64,000 bases of DNA from Octopus vulgaris (taxonomy: Eukaryota). The number at the start of each line of letters is the position of its first letter. Position 1 is the stretch's first letter. The notes under the pieces are model-generated. The model had not been told where the DNA came from and did not search any database. It saw nothing but the letters and a program-made list of their open reading frames with translations. Positions 1 to 13,165 of the stretch are shown one piece after another. The DNA lies in assembly GCA_951406725.2 (NCBI GenBank), contig OX597815.1, positions 96,782,001-96,846,000 on the forward strand, in the 5' to 3' direction. The translations under genes and the position numbers were made by a program.

Positions 1-429
1 ATATATATATATATATATATAGACAAACATATATATGTTTATTTTATGTTTAGTTATAATGATGACATCAATCCGAAGAATCACTGAACATTATTTGTTG
101 AGTACGTTTCTGTTACTCTTTTACAAAGGTAGTGTTGAGAGCAATTTCAATGGTTCAGTTTGATAGTCTTCGACGAATATGTATACAACAATTCATAAAT
201 GTATAATTCTTTATTCATTTTTACGAAAAAATATTGATATAATACAGAAATGCAATTATAAGGATACATTCTAACACACCTACACGCAAGTAAATCTATA
301 TGTATATCCACATATATGTAATATATATATACATATATATATATATTCACACATATGTATGTGTGTATAGTACGTATTTAAGCGCGTACAGCATATATGT
401 ATGTATATATATAAACATATATATATATA

Positions 430-473
<44 letters not shown>

Positions 474-477
<4 letters not shown>

Positions 478-678
478 ATCCAAACAAGAAAACACAAAAA
501 ACAAAAACACACAGCAACGCGAGGACGGGGAACAAAGAAAGTATTATTGGACGCTCAGGAAAGAAGGGCAGAAGGAGGATGTAACGTTTCGAGCGGAGCT
601 CTTCGTCGGAAACATAGGAGAAGGAAAGATCCCGAGAAGGGAAGACAGAGGAAAAAAATGGGCGGCGGTACTCACGAG

Positions 679-681
<3 letters not shown>
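474..681 (-). mobile_element. Short Penelope-like/retrozyme-like insert between two (TA)n tracts, carrying a minimal hammerhead-like motif (family A)
   Basis: Minus strand 615-579 reads ATGTTT-CCGACGA-AGAGCTCCGCTC-GAAA-CG-TT-ACAT. It is homologous along its length to 62708-62868 (+). Confidence 0.55.
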
Positions 682-732
<51 letters not shown>

Positions 733-3700
733 TAAATCCCAAGCACTCGGTGCTCGGCCAAGCGTGATCTTTCTTCCTTGGCCTGACCGCCGCTCACACA
801 GAACCTTATATTCCTGATTTTCATCAGCTGAACCTAACTTGCCACAGTTTATTTCTATAAATATGTATATATATATATATATATAATCATGCGAAGGGTA
901 ATGGAAATTAATAGAAATTTTCACTTCCAGTGGCCTAGCGTGTATAAATTGAGTCCAAAACTATGTATTACTCATAAAATACAGTGTACATTTAAACACA
1001 TACGAGGAATCCACTCATTTGAAACTAGATGGTAACATACGAGGAATACTGTCGCATGAAAGTAGATGGTAAAAGGTTTTATTTTTCATTTCGTTCCTTT
1101 CGGGATTTTATCCTTAATTTTGTGGTTTTGTAATCTAGCTGTTCTTTTTAGCGTTATGAATCCCATATATATATATATATATATATATTCATATATTTAT
1201 TATTCTAATTTTTTTTTTCATAATATATATATGCATATATGCATACATACATACATACATACATACATACATACATACACATGCATATATGGCTGCAGGA
1301 TGTCACCAACAGTAAACTACATGAAATAATGCGAAAACAAATGACATCACAAACAACGAAAGAAGCAAATGGAAACAGGAGAAGTAACATAACAAAATGA
1401 CCTTTCATCAGTTGTCGACTGTCTATCTACTCCTCATTGTGAGCAGTGAACGACAATATGAATCTTAGAAGACAGTTGCTCCCATAAGAACCAAAATAAT
1501 ATTTGGGATTTATGGAGGGTTAAATTTAGGAAGAAAAACAGGATAGGGGTGACATAAAAGGAATCCGAACTAAAATAAACATGGAGGCTCCTTAGATCAA
1601 AGCGAATGTAAAATAACAAACGGCGGGGGAAAATTTTGACAATGAGAAAAGATAGAAGAGAGATATAGGAGCAGTCCAGTCATTTGGACAGCCCTGAAAG
1701 AAAAATATTATCGCGTTTGGAAAAGAAAGATGGACAATGGTCATGTATGAGCAACGAGAGAGATTAAAGGAGAAATAGGGGGAGCGAGATAGAAAATGGT
1801 GAAAAGTGGATAAATAAGGGAATTAGAGATAGTATGAAAGAGAAAACGATAGAGGTGATACACACACACTCACACACACACACATATATATATACATAAA
1901 CACACACAGAGAAACATAGTTATATTTTTCTTACGAAATACATATACCGCATTGAAGTGCTCGTACCTGAGATGTTAGACAGGTATCATAAAGGAAATGG
2001 AAAAATTTCGAGTTAGGAAAATTAGAATTAACTTATATATGTAAGGATTTATTTAAGATAGACTTTCCCCAAATTAAAACATTTATTAACATATTAATAA
2101 TATTAAAATATATGAATATTAAATATTATATATGGGTGTATAAATATATGAATGTATGAAAATGATAATAATATAATAAAGTATAAGAATATAGATAAAA
2201 CCATTTAAAAAAAGAATTGAGTGAAAAGATAATAATAGGGACCAAAAGAAGGTCTCGGGTTGCATATTAAAAGAAAATATTCCAACGGCAGTTTCTGATT
2301 TTCGTATATATTATTTCATACTCACAGACATGAATTCTTTTAATTGCATGTTAGAATGTATGCTTGCAATGATTCTGCGAATTAAATTCTGTGAAATGCA
2401 CCTCTTCTACGACAGTTGTGTCTGAACAGACTTGAATCAGAGCTTTAAAGTTGTTTGAAGATGATTATTAAACAACGCGTTATAAGCATTTAGTCTTTCA
2501 GTAAACGTTGCTATTCAGCATATACTTCAGTTACTTTAGAGTATCTATATATTCGATTATTTCGCAATAGTTCGCATTTACGCAAACCGTATAAAAATGT
2601 GTTTTCGTTTACTGCATATCGTTGTAGTTGTCGTTTAGACACCGGTCAGCCTTGATCATCCACGATGAAATATATTCTACCGTTCGGAACATGATCTTTG
2701 TAACCTTTTTAATATAAATTGGACGATATCTACTACGTGATATTCTTGAATGAGCACTGCTGTCTCAGTTAGGAAAGCTAACACATAAAACTCCAGTGAG
2801 TTTTATGGAAACAGCTATAGCTAGGCAAACATGGACACTCGTATGGATAAAAGATTACTGAAGAATTACGGTGAGAATGATCCTTAGTTTCGTATTCATA
2901 ATACGATAAAATCAGTTTAATCGGCATTTACAAAGTTGTCTTACTTTCAGTCTAAAATAAATCCAGTTTTGTAGTCCACCGCTTAGAAATATATTTAGCA
3001 AACATTTTAGGATTTAGTAAATACAATATGAAGTAACGGCACAAACATTGAACACTTTAGAGGGGATACTAACGGATTTTGCTAGAATGTTTCACTTATA
3101 TAGATGGTAGCTGAAAAGAAAGGCAGTAAAATAATCCAACTTCAAATGTAGAGGTTTTCATTCTACACTTGGATCCTCATATAACTCAGACACAACCTAC
3201 GCATGTATTGTAAGCTATACAACTAAAACTTATTCATAAACTAAAATAAATATGAATCATTGTAAAAATGTCTTCACAACTCTCAGTTACCGTGAGAAAC
3301 GACACATTTTTTTATTCGTATACTTTTGGTTAGAACGTTGCGCTAAAGAAAATAATAGTATAAAATCGATATGACGTCGGGACGGCGCATTAGATCCTTG
3401 AGTAAATCATAAATGGTAGTCTAGAATTTGCATAGGTTTAGCTTTGTGAGACTGTAGCTATATGTTAGTATATGTGTGCGTTTCCGATTATATTTCTGCG
3501 TATCTGTGTGTATCTTGTATACTTATGTATCTATGTGTGGTAGTAAATATGTATATGCTTATGGTAACCGTTGAGCACGCATAACTGTTTTAAAATATAG
3601 GTTTCATTCGGAGAAATGCATGAAATTTATATTCTTTGTTGACAATTTCAAATGTTCTGTATGAATACATGTATAGTTGTGCACATATCTTTTTTTTTTA

Positions 3701-3746
3701 CCTAATTCGGTATGGTGATGTTTATTTTTGAATATATGAATATACT

Positions 3747-3933
3747 TACGATGGGTTGCTCGAAAGTTAGTGGCTTTAAGAGACCCTAACTTTTGAGTTG
3801 TTTTTAAGGGCTTAGAAAAAAAAAAAGAATCGCTGCACTCCGTGTGTTAATCTGTGTGTTGAATGAAGTCATATTTAACTGATCCTCCTTTATTTTCTTT
3901 TACCCAAGGCCAGGAACTTTCCAGCACCCATTC
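3747..3933. mobile_element. Degraded mariner-type MITE
   Basis: Imperfect TIRs tacgatgggttgctcgaaagttagtggcttt ... aaggccaggaactttccagcacccattc. The TACGAGGG-like start is also seen at 58427. Confidence 0.5.
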
Positions 3934-3951
3934 TTCTCTCTCTCTCTCTCA

Positions 3952-4001
<50 letters not shown>

Positions 4002-4429
4002 TTCTTAAGAGAGGTTCACATATTCTCCTCATAGAATACACTTTGTAGTGCTCAAGGGATTTAAACTTGAGCGGACAGAACTGTAAATTTAAGTATAAGC
4101 AAGTTGGAAAGATAAAAATACGAATTACATTAAATACTTGAAATACAAAAATATGTATGTATGTATGTTTACATACTAGAATGTCTGACTTAAACAGAAT
4201 AGAAACGATATCAAGCATTAAAGGGGTTGAAGAAAACTATTACAAATCCATATTGCAAACAGCTGCTGGATTTGTAATACTTCTTTTCAACCCATTTAAT
4301 TCTTAATATAATTTCGTTTGGTAGAGAAAAAGAACGTTTGAAAGTAATCTTGCCATCCAGTGGAATACCTGACCACCAAAGGTGAAGTATTTTCACATTA
4401 CTCCACTAGAGAAAACATATAATAGAATA

Positions 4430-5150
4430 CTTGACAGATGTACCCTAACAGTAAATACTCATTCTTTAGTCATTCATTCGAACTAGTCTCGGCTTAGATT
4501 AATCTCCCTCCTTTCAGTTGTTTTGCATAAACAGCATGACTATCTCGAACATGCTCAAAGTTCAAAAACCTATAGGAATTTCTTCAAATACACAACATGA
4601 TCTTCTGTTCAAGCGGAACTTGCTTGACAACAAGTTATGAAGTCTGGTTGGATCGACTTCTTTTTATTAGGATTTCGAAAATAGATCCACTTTTCATCCC
4701 CAGTTACAATTCAAAATCAAAAACAGATCTCGCAAAGATTTGCCAGCTATTGTGTGTAAAAATTTACGCGTCCTTGAACCTGGTCATTGGTCAGTTCTTA
4801 AGGAGGTTTTCCACACCATCTACTGTTCACAAGTCCGAATTTACTGAGGTGTCGATTGATGATGCGTTTTGAAAGACCAAGTTCTGTCGATAATATGAGT
4901 GCTGCTGCGTAGCTTATGTTCAAACATATCAAACAATGCCTGCCTTTTCAGAACGGAAGACTTCCGGATCTGCGAAATTGGTGTAGCCTTCCTTGAAATG
5001 TCTAAACCAGTTTTTTGTCATATGTTAGTTGTCAGATTCTGAGCATTCCACACAATTACTTACCTTTGCTCTGCTCTTGGATTCAGAGCTTTTTTCCACT
5101 GTTTGCGTGAAGTAACTTTACTTGTAATTTTATTTCGCCACACATTATCA
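4430..5150 (-). pseudogene. Mariner transposase remnant
   Basis: Manual minus-strand translation gives NWFRHFKEG, IVTGDEKWIYFRNPNKKK and KIMLCI*, with stops and frameshifts. Confidence 0.75.
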
Positions 5151-6048
5151 ATAATGTAAAACAAAGAATTGAAAAAATTATGTTTATTTGCTACACATGA
5201 AAATAAATAATAAATAACTCAGCAACGACTAGGCAAGTTGTGTAAAATTAATGGGATAACGTGGTGAAGTAAGTTGCCAAAATCATCGGTGAAAATCTTT
5301 AAAAAAATTTAACTAAACCTAGTGCTTAAAAATATAGATCTATGTAGATATGTGTGAGTGTTTGTATATGTGTTTGGGTGTGTTTGTGTATGTGTGCGTT
5401 TTCGTGTACATACATGTAATGCGTGTATTCCATTTATGTATGTGTCTATTAAGATATGAGTAGTGATAATATTATGTACCAAAGAACTACACATCTGCAA
5501 TTATGAACATTGATATGATATTTCTAGTTTATCGCTGCAGAGAATAACATTTTGAAGGAAACAAAAAATTCCTCTGAATCTTTCCAGTAATTATGTTCAA
5601 CAGGTTTCTGGGTGAATGTACTAAATATCATGATATAAGAATTATTACATGATTAAAATCTACTTTAGAAAACTGATTATATTTTTCTTTTCCAAAATAT
5701 ATTCAAACACGTTATTACTAAATGTCCTTGTGTATTTTTCCAAGTAAAGATAAGATGAAAAAAAAAATAATAAAGTTTTCCTGTTATTTTCCATGCAAAA
5801 TATGCAGATATATTTCCATTCTTCATATTCATATGTTGGTTTCCGTCATACATTTGGGAAACCTAGGGAATAAATCTGCTTAAGTGTAATTGAATTTTGT
5901 GAAATATGCAATTCAACAAAGATCGAGCTAATTAACTTAAACTTTTGCGAATATAAATGGAATCAAATACAATCCCACACCCTAAATCAGTATTTGTCTG
6001 CCTCCTTAACACATCATTTCTCTATCAATCTGGATGTACACACATATA

Positions 6049-6120
<72 letters not shown>

Positions 6121-6200
6121 TTTCTCTCTCTCTCATATATAGCTATATGTGTACGTCTGTGTGTGTATATATACACACACACACTGATATGCACACATAA

Positions 6201-6231
<31 letters not shown>

Positions 6232-6259
6232 CATACATATACAGTATGCGAGTGGTATA

Positions 6260-6655
6260 TTCTTTTACTCTTTTACTTGTTTCAGTCATTTGACTGCGGC
6301 CATGCTGGAGCACCGCCTTTAGTCGAGCAACTCGACCCCAGAACTTATTCTATCGGTCTCTTTTGCCGAACCGCTAAGTGACGGGGACGGGGACATAAAC
6401 ACACCAGCATTGGTTGTGAAGCAATGCTAGGGGAACAAACACAGACACACAAACACACACGCACATATATATATATATACATATATATGTGACGGTCTTC
6501 TTTTCAGTTTCCGTCTACCAAATCCACTCACAAGGCTTTGGTCGGCCCGAGGCTATATTAGAAGACACTTGTCCAAGGTGCCACGCTGTGGGACTGAACC
6601 CGGATCCATGTGGTCGGTTAGCAAGCTACTTACCACACAACCACTCCTGCGCCTA
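6260..6655 (-). mobile_element. tRNA-derived SINE (family 1), near full length
   Basis: Minus-strand head taggcgcaggagtggttgtgtggtaag...gggttcagtccc (A/B boxes), internal microsatellite, LINE-like tail ggtgctccagcatggccgcag...(gtaaaaga)n. Other copies lie at 35090, 50440, 61465 and 61793. Confidence 0.8.
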
Positions 6656-6864
6656 TTATCTACATTAAAAAATTATTTTGTGCATGAACACTACTTGTTT
6701 TTGATTTTGTCGACTACAGTTTGGCAGGGCCAGTTGGGTACCGATTGTAAAAAAAGCTGTATCATGAGTCCATTTACTCTGGCAGAAGTTTAGAAACTAC
6801 ATGCTTCGCTGCTTGGTATTCTCCCCGGAAGCTTCAATACGTGTCCCCAAAACTTGTAGTGCCT

Positions 6865-7010
6865 CCAATCATTTTCTCACACAGCCTCAGACTCAACATA
6901 AAGGCGTACATAAAGTGCCTGGAGGAGGTAGTACTCCTCTAGGTCAAGAGGTTGGCTGTTGGACATCTCTATGTCTGGCTACAGGAGTCTGCTCCATGCC
7001 ATAGAAGCAG
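6865..7010 (+). pseudogene. Tc1/mariner-superfamily (maT-like) transposase fragment
   Basis: Translates as PPIIFSHSLRLNIKAYIKCLEEVVLL*VKRLAVGHLYVWLQESAPCHRS, resembling the QQDxAPxH second catalytic Asp region. Confidence 0.6.
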
Positions 7011-8273
7011 GATATATATATATATATATATTTCACTTCAACATTATGGTAGCCTCGAATGACCAACACTACCTTCAGGATCTTCATTTTTTGATTGGCC
7101 ACCGATTAATAGCTTGTAAAATTTGCGATCGGATCTAGATCATACTATAGTGAATGAGTTTTTTTCTATCTGCCAGTTATTTAGTTCCCCCAGGGAAATG
7201 AATTGTGTGTTAACACAATTTGGATTTGCATACCCATTTAGAATATTGGTCGTAGAAATGTAAATGTAACCAATTTTACAATGCAAAAATTTGTCTCCTA
7301 TGGGAGGTGTCATACAATAAAACATTGCTCAATATTTTTTATGAATTATGTAGTATGTTTAAAGTTGCTACGAGGCTATAATTACCGTAGTTTAACGTTA
7401 TAGGCAGGTTGACGGTAAAACATTTGTACTTAGTTTATAGAAGCAAATTGAACACCATTAAGGCCGCTGTGAAAATGCAAAATGGACAGGCTCAAATATA
7501 CTGACACTTTTATTAAGAGTGCACCAAGGTAAGAGACATTTTTTAAAGTATGCTCACATGTGATCAAACTAATTAAAATTTACTATTATGAGCAAAATAT
7601 CGAATAAATAAAAAAAGTAGAAACTTAATACTGTTATAGAACATCAAGCTTAGCCAATTATACGTATAAAAATAATGCAGTCTTATGATAGCAAAAAAAA
7701 TAGTTTTCCGAGAAGCAAATATATATTTTTCTATAATCAACAGTTATGTACTATTAAGTTCACGTCTACCTTCTCTCAATTAGAACTTTGTTAATACTAT
7801 TTTGCATGTATTATTAAATATAGAAACGAGCGTAAATATATAAGATAAATATCCATTCATGTTCACACTATATATCTGGATATTTATCAAAACATTACTG
7901 CAGCAGATATATATTTATAGTTACATATTTTCTTCATTCTACATAATATTACATTAGGTATACAACATGAAACATGTATTAAAAAAAACGAAAGCAATAT
8001 AATAAAATTAAACATGGGCATAGGGTCTCTCTCACACACACACATTATAATTTGTGTGAGGGATCGAAATGCACCTAAATCTAAAAACGTGTAGTCGTTT
8101 GTAGATATTGTAATATAATTATTCGAATAAATCTATTACAAATCTAAAAACGAACTACAAGTTTTGAGATTAAGGTGCGTAATCAAACCCTTGAACAAAT
8201 TCTCCGTTATATTTTCCTGCGTGGGAATACACTTCATCTCTCTCTCTCACTCCACACACAAACACAGTCGCGC

Positions 8274-8305
<32 letters not shown>

Positions 8306-8357
8306 ATGTATGCATAATATGCATGTATATATATATGTGCGTATGCATGAATATATG

Positions 8358-8448
<91 letters not shown>

Positions 8449-8451
8449 TTA

Positions 8452-8745
8452 TAAATAAGGATAATATCGATATTTAAATATCGATCTTATCTAGTGTCCA
8501 GCATGGGAATAAATACCATACAAAGTTAATAATTATTTAATCTATAAATTAGGGTATCTGAGAGATACCACCATGCTGAAATAGCAGTCAAAACCTTGAT
8601 CCTAACACCACCTTAAATGTTTATATCGCGCCAGGAGAGAAGACAGAAAGACAAAATAAACTAGCAAAAAATATTTTACTGGATAATTCACGGTCCTGGA
8701 TTTCTGGCTTTGCCTCAGAGAAGTCTGCCTTCTTCAGTTGAATAT
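8452..8745 (-). mobile_element. Penelope-like terminal fragment with degenerate hammerhead (family C)
   Basis: Minus-strand order is hammerhead-like motif (8743-8686), gactgctatttcag, AT-rich palindrome (gataatatcgatattt/aaatatcgatcttatc), then (TA)n. Confidence 0.55.
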
Positions 8746-10779
8746 ACCAGAAAGCACATATATGCAGATACATATATATACACGTAAGCACAAGACTAGC
8801 TTAAATTGCCCGCCAAATATCTCCAAGCGCGATATGGTCAAAATAAACACCGTATAAATACATAAAACGGAATGTAAAAAAAGACACAAGGATGCACATA
8901 TAAACAGACATTCATGCACATACCTATTCATATATTCTTATTCGTCTATCTCGTCCTTCGTGTAAACTTGTGCGAAGGGGAGAGAGAGAGAGACACACAT
9001 CTTGGTTATATAAAATTGTTGGGAAATGTGATGGCCTCGGATATCATCACATGGTATTCTATTGTACAGGACCACCATAAACATTTTAAATCCGTCAACG
9101 AATATATGGAATTAAGTGAAAATTATATCAGCTAGATTGTTGGTAAGGTAAAAGCGTCAGGGATATATCTTTTCACGCAAAAACATTGCGAAAATCCAAT
9201 AATTACCATTTCTTTATATATGGAGATATTTACGGGTATAATGTCTGTAGTGATTCTCACATGTCAAGCAATTACAAAAGACAGCCAAAATGAGGTTGTA
9301 CGCATTGAAGTAAAAAATAGTGATAAGAAATACTTCACTGAATAAAAAAGTAAAAATAAGAATTCCAACATAATGTGATAACTACGTAAGAACAAGGAAA
9401 TCGTTTAATTTTTTAATGAATGATTACGCATTAAAAACTAAATGGAATGACTATGCATCGACGTACAGAATAGAAATGGTTGGCTATAAGATTGCTAAAA
9501 TAATTTACGAGAATACCACTTGGATAACTTTTGCATAACAAAGGTTGTGAATTGCTCAAGAAGTTAGATCCTGGCGCTGAATACGGTATGAGAAAATTCA
9601 TTAATGCAGGAAACAAGAACAAATATTCGAAGTAAACGCTCAGTCAAAGCTATTGATTAACGAAGCTTCTCCAGTTCCAAGTAGAGAAACTTAGAAACAG
9701 TCATGAATACTGTAAAGGAAACAACCACAATATATTTAAAACCTAGCCTTCAGTATATACGACATTGAATGAAATGTATTTTCTGCATTACGGCGAAGAA
9801 AATACTTTCAAGTAGGGAATCAACTTTAGGAATGAAATAAGAATAAGAGGCAGAGAATACAGTAATGTTAATTTCTATTTAAAAAAGATTTATAGAAGGG
9901 AAGGTATTCAACGTTTCCAATTTGGTATTCACGTAAATCAACTGTAAACATAGACAGCTGAATTGAATTCCGTCAGGTTACTGATAATTACTTCAGTGAG
10001 CTCTGGGTGATGAGAGACGAGATCGAACTGTATGCAAACACATAATCTCACAATTTCTACCAAAATACTTTTGAACGATGGGCCGTTTTATGGAATTTCC
10101 ACGGACAATTATATAAAATAGGGAGTCTGAGGCTGATAATGATCACTAAACGGAGACATTATGTTCTCCTGTGAAATACTATTGCTATTGTGTATCCCTC
10201 CATATGTATACATATATACATGTATATATAGGTGTGCATAGATTTCACTTTAATGTTTATAGTTGGTAATCTACTCTCAAGCTCTACAGCAGGACCTTAT
10301 CTGCAGTTCGAGTTCACTAGAAAACTTAATAAATGTAGAGTAGTAATATTTAAACAGATGCAGGAACATCGAAAACATAAACTTATAGATAAATGCATAC
10401 AAATTGTGTGCCTCTGTATACATATACACATAAGTGCATGGAAAGATATACATAAAACAAAACATGCAAATTTGAACGAATACATACGTACGTAGATACA
10501 TGCATACTTGCATATATATATTAGTAGCAGCCATCATTACACATTCCTCAATTCCAAATTACTGCCTTGTTCTCTCCTGAATTTATTTGCTGATCTATGA
10601 ACACGCATCCATTCCGTTCTGCTTTCACACGACGCCACAAAACACCTCCCCCATTCTACATTTCCCAAAACAAGTATATATATATATATATATATATGCA
10701 CGTATGTGTGTGAGATGGTGTTGCTATTTATATATGCGTGCATAGCTATATATACATACATACATACATATATATATAT

Positions 10780-11138
<359 letters not shown>

Positions 11139-11210
11139 AAATGGCGGTGCCCCAGCATGGCCACAGCTCATGAGCTGAAACTGGAATCAATCAATCAATC
11201 AATCAATCAA
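11139..11210 (+). mobile_element. Extreme 3' tail of CR1-like LINE
   Basis: aaatggcggtgccccagcatggccacagctcatgagctgaaact followed by (atca)n. It matches the tail of the LINE at 62265-62612. Confidence 0.65.
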
Positions 11211-11470
11211 TATATATATGTGTGTGTGTGTGTGTATACACACATACATACTTATGTACAGATTCCAACAGACGCGGACACATATGCGACGACTGATTAT
11301 ATTGTCTTCTGTTTTACCTACATAGCATGGAATTTTATCTTTCTATATACTATGGAACGAAAATCGGATTTTGTTTCTTTTTTGACTCTTCCTGGTAATA
11401 GTTTCGCACACAGACGTTCAATATTCTTTCATTGACTGTTGATTCTAGTGTAACCAAAGTTTCTGTTATA

Positions 11471-11800
11471 TTAGAAATTTGATACTATGTTCCGTCGAAG
11501 CACAACCTCCATGTGAATGTCAACTTTGATACTATTCAGTATAACAACGTCCTTCTTTATACCATTGTTTTCAATGCCGTATTTCCTATATATTTCTATA
11601 ATTTCTTCAACATCTGTGTTGAACCCTTCAGCGTTTGCGAACATTTGTTTTATTTCCCTAGTATCTATATGTGTGGCTTCCTGATCTTCTCCTGCGTCAC
11701 ATGTAGAATGGTAACTTCTGTATAATGTCCGCCATGCGTAGCCTATTTCATCCGCTTGTTCTACCGTTGGAAGTTTTGAGGGTTGCACATTTGAGGGTTG
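11471..11800 (-). pseudogene. Possible pogo/Tigger transposase C-terminal remnant
   Basis: The ORF contains IGYAWRTL...EIKQMFANAEGFNTDVEEII, reminiscent of Tigger C-termini. Weak, recalled similarity only. Confidence 0.25.
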
Positions 11801-11801
11801 A

Positions 11802-11857
11802 TCATTGGTCATTGCAATCAGTCATTGGTCATTGCAATCAGTCATTGGTCATTGCAA
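11802..11857. repeat. 20-bp tandem repeat, about 2.8 copies
   Basis: (tcattggtcattgcaatcag) repeated. Confidence 0.9.
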
Positions 11858-11879
11858 GCCCATCCTATACGACAAAAAG

Positions 11880-13165
11880 TGACCATTAGAGAGGGTGCAA
11901 CTGACATTTTTTTCTGCAAGACAAAGCAGACAACAAGAGAAAACAATATTTGATAGCATTCCAAGAGCTGCTATGTGGAAGGTTGTTAATAGTTTTGGAT
12001 GTTTCGATAATTTTATCTCTTTGCTTTAAGAAATGCATGAAAATATGTATGGATGCTTATTCTACAAATGCATGTTGTCACAAGAAGTTGCAATCACATG
12101 CGAACTAAAACAAGAATACATCTTGGCACCTTTATAATTCTCCTTGTATCTGGCTGCAATGCATTACGAACTTCAATCAAACAATCCAGGAGTTGACATC
12201 AGGTATTGAAGTACGATGGAGGTCTTTCAGTCTTAGTAAATTTCGATCTAACACAAATGAAACATATCTCAGAACTTCAATATCCTGATGACAAAACTAC
12301 CTTCTGTCATTCAAAAAAGAACTCCAAAATCTGGGAACAACTTTGCTACGGCCTACGATCGCTTTGACACCAGGAAAGCCATGGACTTTGTACAACCTGC
12401 CCCAAATACCATCTTACCCTATTTTGATATTATAATCCCTGATACATCTTCCGAACTAGTATAGCATTTTCCATGTCATGGCAGCCTAGAATTGGAACTG
12501 TACATGAGGCATTTGGAAAGCTAACCAAAGACGTCTTCAACAACAAAGATCTTAACATAACGAAATGTATGGTCTATAATGCTGCTGTCATTTCATACAT
12601 GCTGTATGGCTACGAAACTTGAATACCATATAATCACCTCATACAAAAAGTAGAATGATTACGCCAAGAAAAGTGGTTTGGGACCAGTAGCATCAAATGA
12701 GAATACTATGTGACGAACAAGAACGTCCTGAAAAGAATTAGCATTCAAAGTATCGAATCGTTCATCATGAAACACATCCTTCGATGTTTAGGGCATCAAG
12801 GTTTCCACGATGAGACTTATTCATTGGGCTCACTTCAGAGAAAAGACTAAGGGGGCGCCCTCTTCAAAAATACAAGGACCAACTCAAAGCAACACTGAAA
12901 GTCACTAGAATTGAGCGTAAATAGTTTGAAACAGAAGCCCGGAGCCGTACAACTTCCATTAACATCAGAACCAAAATCTTCGAAGCCACGAGGAGAGAGA
13001 AAGACGAACTCAAATGACAGGAGAGAAATGCTCGACCAAATCCCCTCATCCTCTTCCAATATTTCCAATCAGTCAACGCCATCGACTTTTCTGTGCAACA
13101 CTATAGAGTAATCAACCACGCAAAAAGAAACTAAATTCTCGGATACGATATAAAGCCGACAACTA
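11880..13165 (+). mobile_element. Heavily decayed RTE-clade LINE (RT to 3' end)
   Basis: Fragments across frames: LKQEYILAP (GVKQGCVLAP-like), QYPDD (YADD), VYNAAVISYMLYGYET*, GRPLQKYKDQLKATL. The 3' end reads ttctcggatacga. Confidence 0.75.

Noticed and set aside
795-840. Minus-strand CTGATGA as a possible hammerhead
   Set aside because: It is followed by GAAT rather than GAAA, and no convincing helices form.
1300-1460. Minus-strand ctgatgaaagg in a probable repeat
   Set aside because: No GAAA partner or helices in this copy. It may be a decayed repeat but cannot be supported.
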